Part shown: positions 1-7,063 of the stretch, in pieces
How positions within the stretch are numbered: the stretch's first letter is position 1
Layout of the letters: each line of letters starts with the position of its first letter
Assembly (NCBI GenBank): GCA_021778815.1
Contig: JAJYBW010000002.1
Coordinates: forward strand, 1 to 25,825
Direction of reading: 5' to 3'
DNA length: 25,825 nucleotides
From: Acidobacteriota bacterium
Lineage (GTDB): Bacteria > Acidobacteriota > Terriglobia > Terriglobales > Acidobacteriaceae
Notes under the pieces: model-generated
What the model was told of the DNA's origin: nothing
Databases searched by the model: none
Seen by the model: the letters and a program-made list of their open reading frames with translations, nothing else
Position numbers and translations under genes: made by a program

Positions 1-1080
1 GCTGTCTTGAAGATCTTGGAATGCGGTTTGCGTGTCCAGTTTGATCTGGTCCTGGACATTGGCGAGGTTGGCACGGCTGGCCCTGGAAAGTGCCTGCGCT
101 TGATGGATCTCCGCTCGTGTGCCGCCACCCTCATAAATCGGAATGGACAAATTGAGCGAGCCGCCCACCTGGTCGATGGCCACGGGCGGAATCAGCGTTC
201 CCGCGGCGTGCTGGCCGATGCCGCTCAGCGTCAAGGTGGGCCAACGCGCCCGCTTGGCATACTGCACCTGTTGCTCCGACACTTTCAATGTGGCCCTTGC
301 CTGCTGCAGCAGCGGCTGATTTTTCAGCGCCGCCGCAAGCCACGGTCCGATCGTGTCCGGCTGCGGACCAGTCGGTTGTAACGACGTGACGTCCTCCAAG
401 GTTCCTACGGGCTGGTGCGTCAGACGCTCCAACTGGTTCTTCGCCACCGTGACCGCATTGTTCGCCGCAATCAGGTCAGCCTTGGCCGCGTCCAATTGCG
501 CCTGCACTTCCTGCACCGAAATAATATCTCCGCTGCCAACCTGCAGGCTGGCTCGGGTCTGCTTGTCGATACTTTGCAGCAGGTCCATCTGCTGCTGCGC
601 TACGCGCTGGTTGGCTTCAGACTGCAAGATGCCAAAGTAGGCCTGCGTCACCTGCAGCGCGACCACTTGCTGCGCATACGCCAGGGCCGCTTCGCTGGCC
701 CGTATGCGGCTGTCCGACTGCTTCATCGCGGTAAACGCCTGCCCGTTGAAGATCGACTCGGTCAAGCTGGCGCTGAAGACGTCAGAATGATATCCCGTGG
801 AAATCGTTTGCGCGCCGAAGCCCGTGACACGGGCGGTATTCATACCTCCGCTGGCTCCAGCATTGATGTGCGGAAGAAGCGCCGCGCGTGCCAGCGGTCT
901 GCCGGCCAGATCGTGGTCCAACTGTGCCCGCGCCTGGGCGAGGACCGGTGAAGTCGAAGCCGCCTGTTTGTAGGCTGTCTGCAGGTTCTCCGCCGCAGAG
1001 GAGACCGTATGGAAGATCGCACACCCGAAGGCCGCGAGCATCGACATGGAGAGTGCAAGAGAACGACGTTTCAGCCCCAT
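1..1080 (-). CDS. TolC-family outer membrane efflux protein, 3' end runs off the window
   Basis: Absent from the ORF track because there is no stop in the window. My translation from the ATG at 1080 is open to base 1: MGLKRRSLALSMSMLAAFGCAIFHTVSSA (signal peptide), ENLQTAYKQAASTSPVLAQARAQ, ARAALLPHINA, LQVTQAYFGIL, RARWPTLTLSG, LNLSIPIYEGG. These are OEP/TolC repeat motifs. An AGGAG RBS lies upstream. Confidence 0.9.
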   Translation of the reverse strand, partial: MGLKRRSLALSMSMLAAFGCAIFHTVSSAAENLQTAYKQAASTSPVLAQARAQLDHDLAGRPLARAALLPHINAGASGGMNTARVTGFGAQTISTGYHSDVFSASLTESIFNGQAFTAMKQSDSRIRASEAALAYAQQVVALQVTQAYFGILQSEANQRVAQQQMDLLQSIDKQTRASLQVGSGDIISVQEVQAQLDAAKADLIAANNAVTVAKNQLERLTHQPVGTLEDVTSLQPTGPQPDTIGPWLAAALKNQPLLQQARATLKVSEQQVQYAKRARWPTLTLSGIGQHAAGTLIPPVAIDQVGGSLNLSIPIYEGGGTRAEIHQAQALSRASRANLANVQDQIKLDTQTAFQDLQDS

Positions 1081-1156
1081 GGCGCCTTGTTCTCTCCTCA
1101 GACCATCCGGGTTTCTTTTGACTGGAGCCATTTTCGTTTTACTCCACCGATATACA

Positions 1157-1312
1157 TCAATCTCTCGCGGCATCATCGGATAACCGTTGCGATACATGGG
1201 AATCGAGGACCGCGAGCCGCGCGGCAAAGAGGCGGCGGCTCGGCCAGGTGATCTCCTGATCGTTCAGTGTGGATATGCAATCGTGATTCAACACTTCTGC
1301 TCGCGCGGTCAT
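1157..1312 (-). CDS. Small hypothetical ORF (51 aa), possibly a remnant
   Basis: ATG overlaps the ArsR stop (ATGA at 1309-1312) and has an AGGAGAG RBS. Sequence MTARAEVLNHDC...DDAARD. No family recognised. Confidence 0.35.
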   Translation of the reverse strand: MTARAEVLNHDCISTLNDQEITWPSRRLFAARLAVLDSHVSQRLSDDAARD

Positions 1313-1602
1313 CTCGTTCTCTCCTTCAGAACCTGCGTCGCACAAGTGAAGAAATTGCAGACGCAAGGGGTAAGCAGCCGGTAATACACGGTGGTCCCTT
1401 CGCGCCTGTCCTCAACGATGCCGTGGGCGCGAAGCAACGCCAGGTGTTTCGAAACGGTCGACAGATCGCCGCCGACAAGGTCCCTCAGTTCCCCAACCGA
1501 GCACTCCCCGCGACTCAGCCGGTCCACAATCATCAGTCGGGATTCATGGGCAAGGGTCTTGAGCATCTTTGCCTGTTCCACGAAGGTGTAGCGTTTTTTC
1601 AT
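1309..1602 (-). CDS. ArsR/SmtB-family transcriptional repressor
   Basis: LKTLAHESRLMIVDRL, ECSVGEL, STVSKHLALLRAHGIVEDRREGTTVYYRL winged-helix signature; C-terminal PCVCNFFTC cysteines. Confidence 0.95.
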   Translation of the reverse strand: MKKRYTFVEQAKMLKTLAHESRLMIVDRLSRGECSVGELRDLVGGDLSTVSKHLALLRAHGIVEDRREGTTVYYRLLTPCVCNFFTCATQVLKERTR

Positions 1603-1620
1603 GGGTCAACATTATTTCTT

Positions 1621-1640
1621 TATTGGCCATGTTGCCATGT
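1621..1640. promoter_or_regulatory. Putative ArsR autoregulatory operator
   Basis: Inverted repeat TGGC-N6-GCCA (1624-1637) about 20 bp upstream of the ArsR start. Assignment to ArsR is inferred from position. Confidence 0.45.
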
Positions 1641-1693
1641 AGGGATGCAAAATGCTGTGATCGCCGTCACGGGAGTTGCAAAGAATGCTTGGA

Positions 1694-2170
1694 TCATCGT
1701 CCGCCCCGTTGGAGGCGATGGGCACCTTTGGGCCGTTCCGCACCTTCGAGACAGTGTCTCGAAACCTGCCGCCTCAAACCGTTCGCCTTTCCCTCAGGGG
1801 CGAACTGCGCCAGATGATTTTCCAGCCGCCCTATCAGATCGATCCACGGCACATAATTACTGTGCTGACGGAAACGGGCGGCGATCGGTTTTCCAAAATC
1901 CGCGCTGTCGATGCGATCCGCATAGATCAGGCAACTGAAGAGTATCCGCGCGAGCAGGCCCCGCTGAAACGCCTGAATCACCTGGTCGCTGTTCTTCTCG
2001 CCCATGCGCTGGCATGCGTCCGTGAGTTCCAAAACCAACTCTGGATCAGCCAGCAATGCCTCGATGGGTTCTCGGACGACCGAATCCGCGTTGCTCCATG
2101 CTTCCGTGCGGTGCGTGTTGGCGTCGGTATTGTTCAGCATTCTGCTGAAATCGTCGCTCCCGTCCGACTT
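1694..2170 (-). pseudogene. cas3: Internal fragment of CRISPR-associated helicase/nuclease Cas3 (type I-C-like): end of HD domain to a broken Walker A
   Basis: GLLARILFSCLIYADRIDSADF resembles the HD-domain C-terminal motif (RxLFSCLxDAD). PWIDLIGRLENHLAQF..NGLRRQVSRHCLEGAERPKG is the linker before helicase motif I. The expected xxLTVPTGGGKT survives only as frameshifted SPPTGRT. There is no N-terminus and no helicase body. Confidence 0.75.
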
Positions 2171-2415
2171 CACGCATTCCGGCGCTTCGAAGCACACATC
2201 TTCGGAATCGCACATCCCGATGTCCTGAAGGTCTCCAGAATTTCTGGATGGGACACGCGGATGAGAGCATGTCCGATCTCTACGACAAGATTAAAGAGGA
2301 TGTGGCGTTCCGTAGAGAGTGGGCAGAAAAGTGGGGTTTCGGCTTCACGCTTGCTTCGGCTGAACCGAATGTACCGAAAACAGAGGAAGAATACGAAGCG
2401 AAGAAAGTTGCGTAA
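2168..2415 (+). pseudogene. C-terminal fragment of a tyrosine recombinase/integrase
   Basis: LHAFRRF (H-x-x-R, codon CAC at 2171), then after a 1-nt frameshift STHLRNRTSRCPEGLQNFWMGHADESMSDLYDKIKED...KKVA* (GH and catalytic Tyr). Stop at 2413-2415, 20 bp before the att repeat. Confidence 0.8.
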
Positions 2416-2434
2416 GTATCTTTAAATTGTGTGA

Positions 2435-2448
2435 GAAAGAATGGTCGG
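2435..2448 (+). repeat. Left attachment-site core (14-bp direct repeat GAAAGAATGGTCGG)
   Basis: Exact match to 20725-20738, which spans the CCA end of tRNA-Pro. Followed by a degenerate T-arm mimic (GATTTTAGAACCTC versus GATTTGAACCTC in the tRNA). Confidence 0.8.
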
Positions 2449-2560
2449 CCCTAGTGGAAGATTTTAGAACCTCTCGTGCACTCGATGGCGAGAATATCGA
2501 CATTTACTTTACCGCTTCCGGGGATTCTTTTCACCGGTGAAACTTTCGATGATATTCCGC

Positions 2561-2900
2561 TTAGACAACCGGCCAATCTAATTGCCGCATCGTCCTCGCA
2601 CTCAGCTTCCCGACCCTGGAAGACTGAAGTTGCAGCCGATCATTCAGCCACGCCATCGATTCCGGAGTAAGATCCATAGCCGGTTTTTGCATGTAAGCAG
2701 TCCTGGGATTAGATTCTCGCCAGCGAGCTTGCGCCTCTTGGTGGACGCCAAGGAGAGCGCCCCCAATTCGTTCATCATTTGATTAAGCGACACGCCGTCG
2801 TCGAGTCGCCCTCCCAATGAACTCCGCGTCCTCCACTCTTATGTAATGAGGCCACGACTTCTTCCAATTGCCTCTATTGAAGCCTCCGTTGAACTGTCGC
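2561..2900 (-). pseudogene. Frameshifted C-terminal remnant of an unidentified gene (from memory, resembles the tail of PLD-like nuclease proteins)
   Basis: Protein-like blocks in three frames: NWKKSWPHYIRVEDAEFIG / RLDDGVSLNQMMNELGALSLASTKR / NPRTAYMQKPAMDLTPESMAWLNDRLQ...DWPVV* (stop 2561-2563). The family call is unverified recall and the upstream boundary is approximate. Confidence 0.4.
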
Positions 2901-2982
2901 AAGAATATTCAATCGGGTGTTCCGAAAGACAGCGAACGGTGCCTAATAGACTAACCGCAAACAAACCTCGGGTCAGCGCGAA

Positions 2983-3308
2983 ATGTTAGAAATTTTGAAG
3001 GAGATAGGATACGTCGCATTAGCTATATTCGGAGCAAGTTGGATAGTGGTTTGGATCAATGTCTTCGCCAGAGCTATGTTAGTCCAGTGGTTGAATAAGC
3101 GAGAAAAAAACAAGCCCACGAAGAGGCGGTCGATAGAGTTCTGCAAGACCATTTTTCCCAAGATGAAATTGACTGGATTGTCCGCGATGGAAAGAGAAAG
3201 CAAACCGGTGGGATTCTGGCCGCCTTTGCTTCGATCACCGCTAAGCATGTGAACAAGTGGGATGAATGGGCCGAACGTGATGTGGACTACTATACTGGAT
3301 CGTTTTAG
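2983..3308 (+). pseudogene. Hypothetical N-terminally membrane-anchored protein, probably frameshifted at an A7 run
   Basis: MLEILKEIGYVALAIFGASWIVVWINVFARAMLVQWL (one TM helix) up to A7 at 3104-3110. A second frame continues KQAHEEAVDRVLQDHFSQDEIDWIVRDG...DYYTGSF* to 3308. Confidence 0.35.
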
Positions 3309-3356
3309 ACTTTGCTCCCAAGGAGTACCCGGAGACATTTCCCCGGATATTTACGC

Positions 3357-4033
3357 ATGGCGCTCAAGAAATCTGAATACACCTCGCTCTGGGCCAGTTG
3401 CGATGAACTTCGCGGCGGCATGGATGCCAGCCAGTACAAGGAGGGCGTCCTCGTCCTACTTTTCATCAAGTACGTCAGCGACAAATATGTCGACATCCGG
3501 TTTGCCCCCGTCACCATGCCTCCGGGTCGTCCTTCCGAGACATGGTCGCGCTCAAGGGCAATCCCGACATCGGCGGTCAGATCAACAAGAAGATCATCGC
3601 CACGCTGTAGAAAGCCAACAATCTCTCTGATTTCCCAGATTTCAACGAAGCCGCCAAACTCGGCAGCGGCAAGGAGATGGTGGATCGACTCACCAACATG
3701 GTCGCAATCTTTGACAATCCGGCGCTCGACTTCTCCAAGAACCGTGCCGATGGCGACGACATCCTTGGCGATGCCTACGAGTACCTGATGCGGCACTTCG
3801 CCACGGAGATCGATCGCAAGGGCCAGTTCTTCTATACCCCGGCAGAGGTCAGCCGCATCATGGCTCAGATTCTCGGCATCCGAACTGCTCGGGTTACCTC
3901 TTACACCACGGTGTATGACCCGACCTGCGGTTCGGGATCGCTTCTGCTCAAAGTGGCCGATGAGGCGACGGCCACGCCCACCCTCTGCGGGCAGGAGAAG
4001 GATGCTGCGACCAGCGCCTGGCCCGCATGAATA
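3357..4033 (+). pseudogene. hsdM: Type I restriction-modification methyltransferase subunit, degraded and truncated
   Basis: MALKKSE..SLWASCDELRGGMDASQYK, DILGDAYEYLMRHFATE, GQFFYTPAEVSRIMA, VYDPTCGSGSLLLK (SAM motif I), GQEKD. Frameshift near 3525, in-frame TAG at 3608-3610, frameshift near 4015. Homology ends at ARMN, before the NPP(Y/F) catalytic motif. Confidence 0.93.
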
Positions 4034-4329
4034 TCGACGGTATACGGATCGAAAGATTGATGCCACTCTTTGACCTGATCATCATCTAGACATGTGATTC
4101 TCCCTCTCGAGAATTTCTGGCGAAGCGGATGGCGTTTCCGGCGGAGCAAAATTATACAGCAACGGCACTTTATTGGTCCACATCGTCAGCGTTTTTCCTG
4201 CGCTCTTCGCAGCAGCCGTGGCGAGCCTTTTTTCCTCTGGAGACCGGCGATACGCCCTTCTCACTCCGTCATCGCAGGTGCCACAGCAGCCTATTTTCCG
4301 GGGATTTCTTGGACGCGAGATGCACCAAC

Positions 4330-5469
4330 CTATTTCCCGACCATTCCGGTGGCCGATTGATGTGCGTGTTGCAGATGCAGCACGTGTGGGATGGGGGGGG
4401 CGAATTCCCATGGCTCTTTTGCCGTAACGCCAAAGATAAATACCTGGCCCGGCCTATATCTCTGCCGGACTTCGAAATTTTCAAACGCCACACCGCCTGG
4501 AACTGGGTCGCGAGAGGCCCAATAGACACGCCGGCCATTCACCCTAACACGAAGATCCGGTTCGATGTCGTCCGCTGGAACCCTCCAATACTGTGTGAGC
4601 TTGGGAAGAAGGTAGCGCCAGTGCCCCGCTGCTGCGGTATCTAGAACCTTAGACGGGGATGATTCATTCGAAGTGCAAAGAGCGATGGCATCGCCATCGG
4701 AAGTCTGCAACATTTCATCCAGCGGGTAATTTTCATGTTCGATGAACGCGTCACCAGCGTAGGACGCGTAAAGCTTGCGACTGTCTACAACGCGGTCCTT
4801 GAGCCAGAGCCAGCGTAATCTCTCGTAATTTCCCATTGTTGCGGTCACCGTTAACTCTTCCACGGCCGGGCTGTCGTTATATTGGTACACTGCCAAACGA
4901 AGCTCATTGGGGTGGTCGCTGTCTATCGATGCCATCAGATATACGTGCGCGCCATTTGCCGCAAACCGCTCTACGTCGATCTGCACGGTGAGCCTTTCTA
5001 TTGGAGAGACACGGCTTGAGAAAGCGTGCAGGTTGCCGCGGAACCCATCAACCGAAGCTGTTTTAACAAGGTCTACCCACAACCGTTTGCCGCGAGACCC
5101 CGGATCCATAAGGCTTGGCTCCAACTCACTGAATGCCTGTCGGCTGGCGCGGCTACCAGCGCCAAACACCACAGGTTCAATCGCGATGAAATTCAGGAGA
5201 TCGGGTTTGCCGGTCTTCGCAGAAATCACGCCTACGCGGATGAGTCCGCGAGGCCCCGGCAATCCTCCTGGAGAGGGTATGCCAAAAACAATGCCATCCT
5301 TACGGCCCCAGATCAGCGGGTCACCCCGTTTATGAGGTCGAATCCACTCCGAATCTATATGACTTGTAACTTGGCCATACGCGCTGTGAGGCTCCAAAGC
5401 CGCGGATAGCAGGAACACCGCCGCGAGGAACAGGAGGCTCGCCGCCATCGAAAATCGGGCAATCGACAT
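4330..5469 (-). CDS. Uncharacterised secreted protein (379 aa), putative member of the sugar regulon
   Basis: Long ORF with signal peptide (MSIARFSMAASLLFLAAVFLLSAA...AYG|Q), rich in Trp/aromatic and beta-strand-like segments, divergent from lacI with an operator-like palindrome upstream. Confidence 0.85.
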   Translation of the reverse strand: MSIARFSMAASLLFLAAVFLLSAALEPHSAYGQVTSHIDSEWIRPHKRGDPLIWGRKDGIVFGIPSPGGLPGPRGLIRVGVISAKTGKPDLLNFIAIEPVVFGAGSRASRQAFSELEPSLMDPGSRGKRLWVDLVKTASVDGFRGNLHAFSSRVSPIERLTVQIDVERFAANGAHVYLMASIDSDHPNELRLAVYQYNDSPAVEELTVTATMGNYERLRWLWLKDRVVDSRKLYASYAGDAFIEHENYPLDEMLQTSDGDAIALCTSNESSPSKVLDTAAAGHWRYLLPKLTQYWRVPADDIEPDLRVRVNGRRVYWASRDPVPGGVAFENFEVRQRYRPGQVFIFGVTAKEPWEFAPPIPHVLHLQHAHQSATGMVGK

Positions 5470-5516
5470 ATGAGTCTCTTCGGATGATTGGCAGAATTTT
5501 AAAAACTTTGCTTGGA

Positions 5517-5554
5517 GTATTTAAACGGATCAACGATTTAATCGTTTAAAATAC
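5517..5554. promoter_or_regulatory. LacI-type operator region upstream of the secreted hypothetical gene
   Basis: TTAATCGTTTAA at 5538-5549 (TTAA-N-CG-N-TTAA with a LacI-style central CG), overlapping palindrome AACGATTTAATCGTT (5532-5546) and an extra half-site TTAAACG at 5521-5527. Confidence 0.6.
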
Positions 5555-5768
5555 TGTACACCACAAATCAGATCGACGTAGGCATTGCTAAATCATGCGA
5601 GCGAATTGAGATAAAAAACAGGCATTTGCCAAAGTTGAGGACAGATTATTCGCCGCTTGAAGTGATTGCGGCGTGAGATCAAAGTGCTCAGGCGGCTGTA
5701 AGATGAATCAGATTTCCTGCTCTAATCGCGCCTCTGGTTGTTTGTGAGGCCTGGGGGTTCACCCATCC

Positions 5769-6779
5769 ATGCCTTCTATCGTGGAAGTAGCAAAACGCGC
5801 TGGAGTATCGATCGCCACGGTTTCGAACGTGATCAGGGGAACCAAGCGTGTCAGCCCCGCTTTACAGGAGCGCGTTCAATTGGCCATTCGGGACTTGGAC
5901 TATTATCCGAATGAATTGGCGCGCAGTCTGAAGGTAAAGCAGACGCGAATGCTCGTCATGGTGCTCCCGGACATCACCAATCCTTTTTTCCCTGAGATCA
6001 TTCGGGGTGCTGAAGATTGCGCTTTTCAACGCGGCTATTTCTTGATGACGGCGAACACAGATGAGCAAATCGGGCGTGAGCGCAGAATCGTTTCGGCGCT
6101 CCGTTCCTATCGAGTCGATGGAATTCTGCTGGCTTCCGCGCCGGGAAAAGATATCAGCCATATTGAAAGCGTCCTACGGGCTGGATTATCAATCGTCTGC
6201 CTGGATAGAACTGTTTCCGGAATCGAGACCGACGCGGTGTTGTTGGACAACGTTCGGGGGGCACAAGAATGCGTGCGCCATCTGATCCAGGCCGGCTATC
6301 GTCGAATTGCAATCATCACCGGACCGTTAAAATTGCTGACCGGGCGCGAGCGCCTGCGCGGCTATGGGGACGCACTTCGAGAGGCAGACATAGAGCCTGA
6401 CCCCGCGTTGATTTTCGAGGGAGATTTCCGTGAAGACTCCGGCTATCGTTTGAGCAAAGAAATGCTGCGAAGACGCCGCAAGCCTTCCGCAATATTTGTT
6501 TGTAACGGCGTTATGACACTCGGCGTGTTGAAGGCGTTGGAAGAGACTGGCATGCTATGCCCGAATGATATTGCCTTGGCGACATTTGACGATTTGATGC
6601 TCGACCATTCTTTTCATCCCCACTTGACTACTGTCGTACAACCCAGTTATGAGATCGGCGCCCGTGCGGCGACCATCCTGATAGACCGTATCGAAGGCAA
6701 ATTGCCGAAGGAACCTCTCGTGGTGCGAATCGCGCCAACGCTTATCGTCCGCGAGTCTACAAGACCACGAAGGCCGTAG
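5769..6779 (+). CDS. LacI/GalR-family transcriptional regulator
   Basis: N-terminal HTH SIVEVAKRAGVSIATVSNVI, hinge YYPNELARSLK, PDITNPFF, periplasmic-binding-protein-like sensor domain, LTTVVQP. Confidence 0.97.
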   Translation: MPSIVEVAKRAGVSIATVSNVIRGTKRVSPALQERVQLAIRDLDYYPNELARSLKVKQTRMLVMVLPDITNPFFPEIIRGAEDCAFQRGYFLMTANTDEQIGRERRIVSALRSYRVDGILLASAPGKDISHIESVLRAGLSIVCLDRTVSGIETDAVLLDNVRGAQECVRHLIQAGYRRIAIITGPLKLLTGRERLRGYGDALREADIEPDPALIFEGDFREDSGYRLSKEMLRRRRKPSAIFVCNGVMTLGVLKALEETGMLCPNDIALATFDDLMLDHSFHPHLTTVVQPSYEIGARAATILIDRIEGKLPKEPLVVRIAPTLIVRESTRPRRP

Positions 6780-7035
6780 ATAGGTGCTGACTGTTCAGGC
6801 GCTCTGCTTGAATGTCAAGCCTGATAGTTGCCACAGCGCAGTGCCAGGATGCGTGGTGCCCTCAGAATAGGCTCCAGTCTAAGTTTCGTTTCCGTGCAAA
6901 TCGAACTACAGGATTCACAGGGTCGAAAGGATACGGGAATGCGAAATTTCCCTGGGGGCAGGATTCCATAGAATGCAATCAAAATCAAATGCCTTGACAA
7001 AGTGCGATTTTATATGGTCTTCTCATCCCGTTGTT

Positions 7036-7047
7036 TTAAACGTTTAA
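7036..7047. promoter_or_regulatory. LacI-type operator upstream of the TonB-dependent receptor
   Basis: Perfect 12-bp palindrome TTAAACGTTTAA ending 16 bp before the ATG at 7064; 11/12 identical to 5538-5549. Confidence 0.7.
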
Positions 7048-7063
7048 CATTCGGAGCGAATCG

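Noticed and set aside
7-1121. Plus-strand ORFs 7-381, 353-640, 415-951 and others
   Set aside because: Shadow frames of the minus-strand TolC gene, which the ORF track missed because it has no stop in the window.
1676-2425. 249-aa plus-strand ORF as a real gene
   Set aside because: Mostly antisense to the cas3 fragment; only its LHAFRRF stretch is meaningful, as part of the integrase remnant.
2973-3338. 121-aa minus-strand ORF
   Set aside because: No RBS or recognisable motif; the plus-strand TM ORF is co-directional with hsdM and more plausible.
4393-4400. G8 tract as a phase-variation switch
   Set aside because: It lies about 20 codons from the C-terminus, so slippage would change only the tail.
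6994-7022. Sigma70 promoter from TTGACA at 6994-6999
   Set aside because: No acceptable -10 hexamer at 16-18 bp spacing (TATGGT is only 13 bp away); not reported as a feature.
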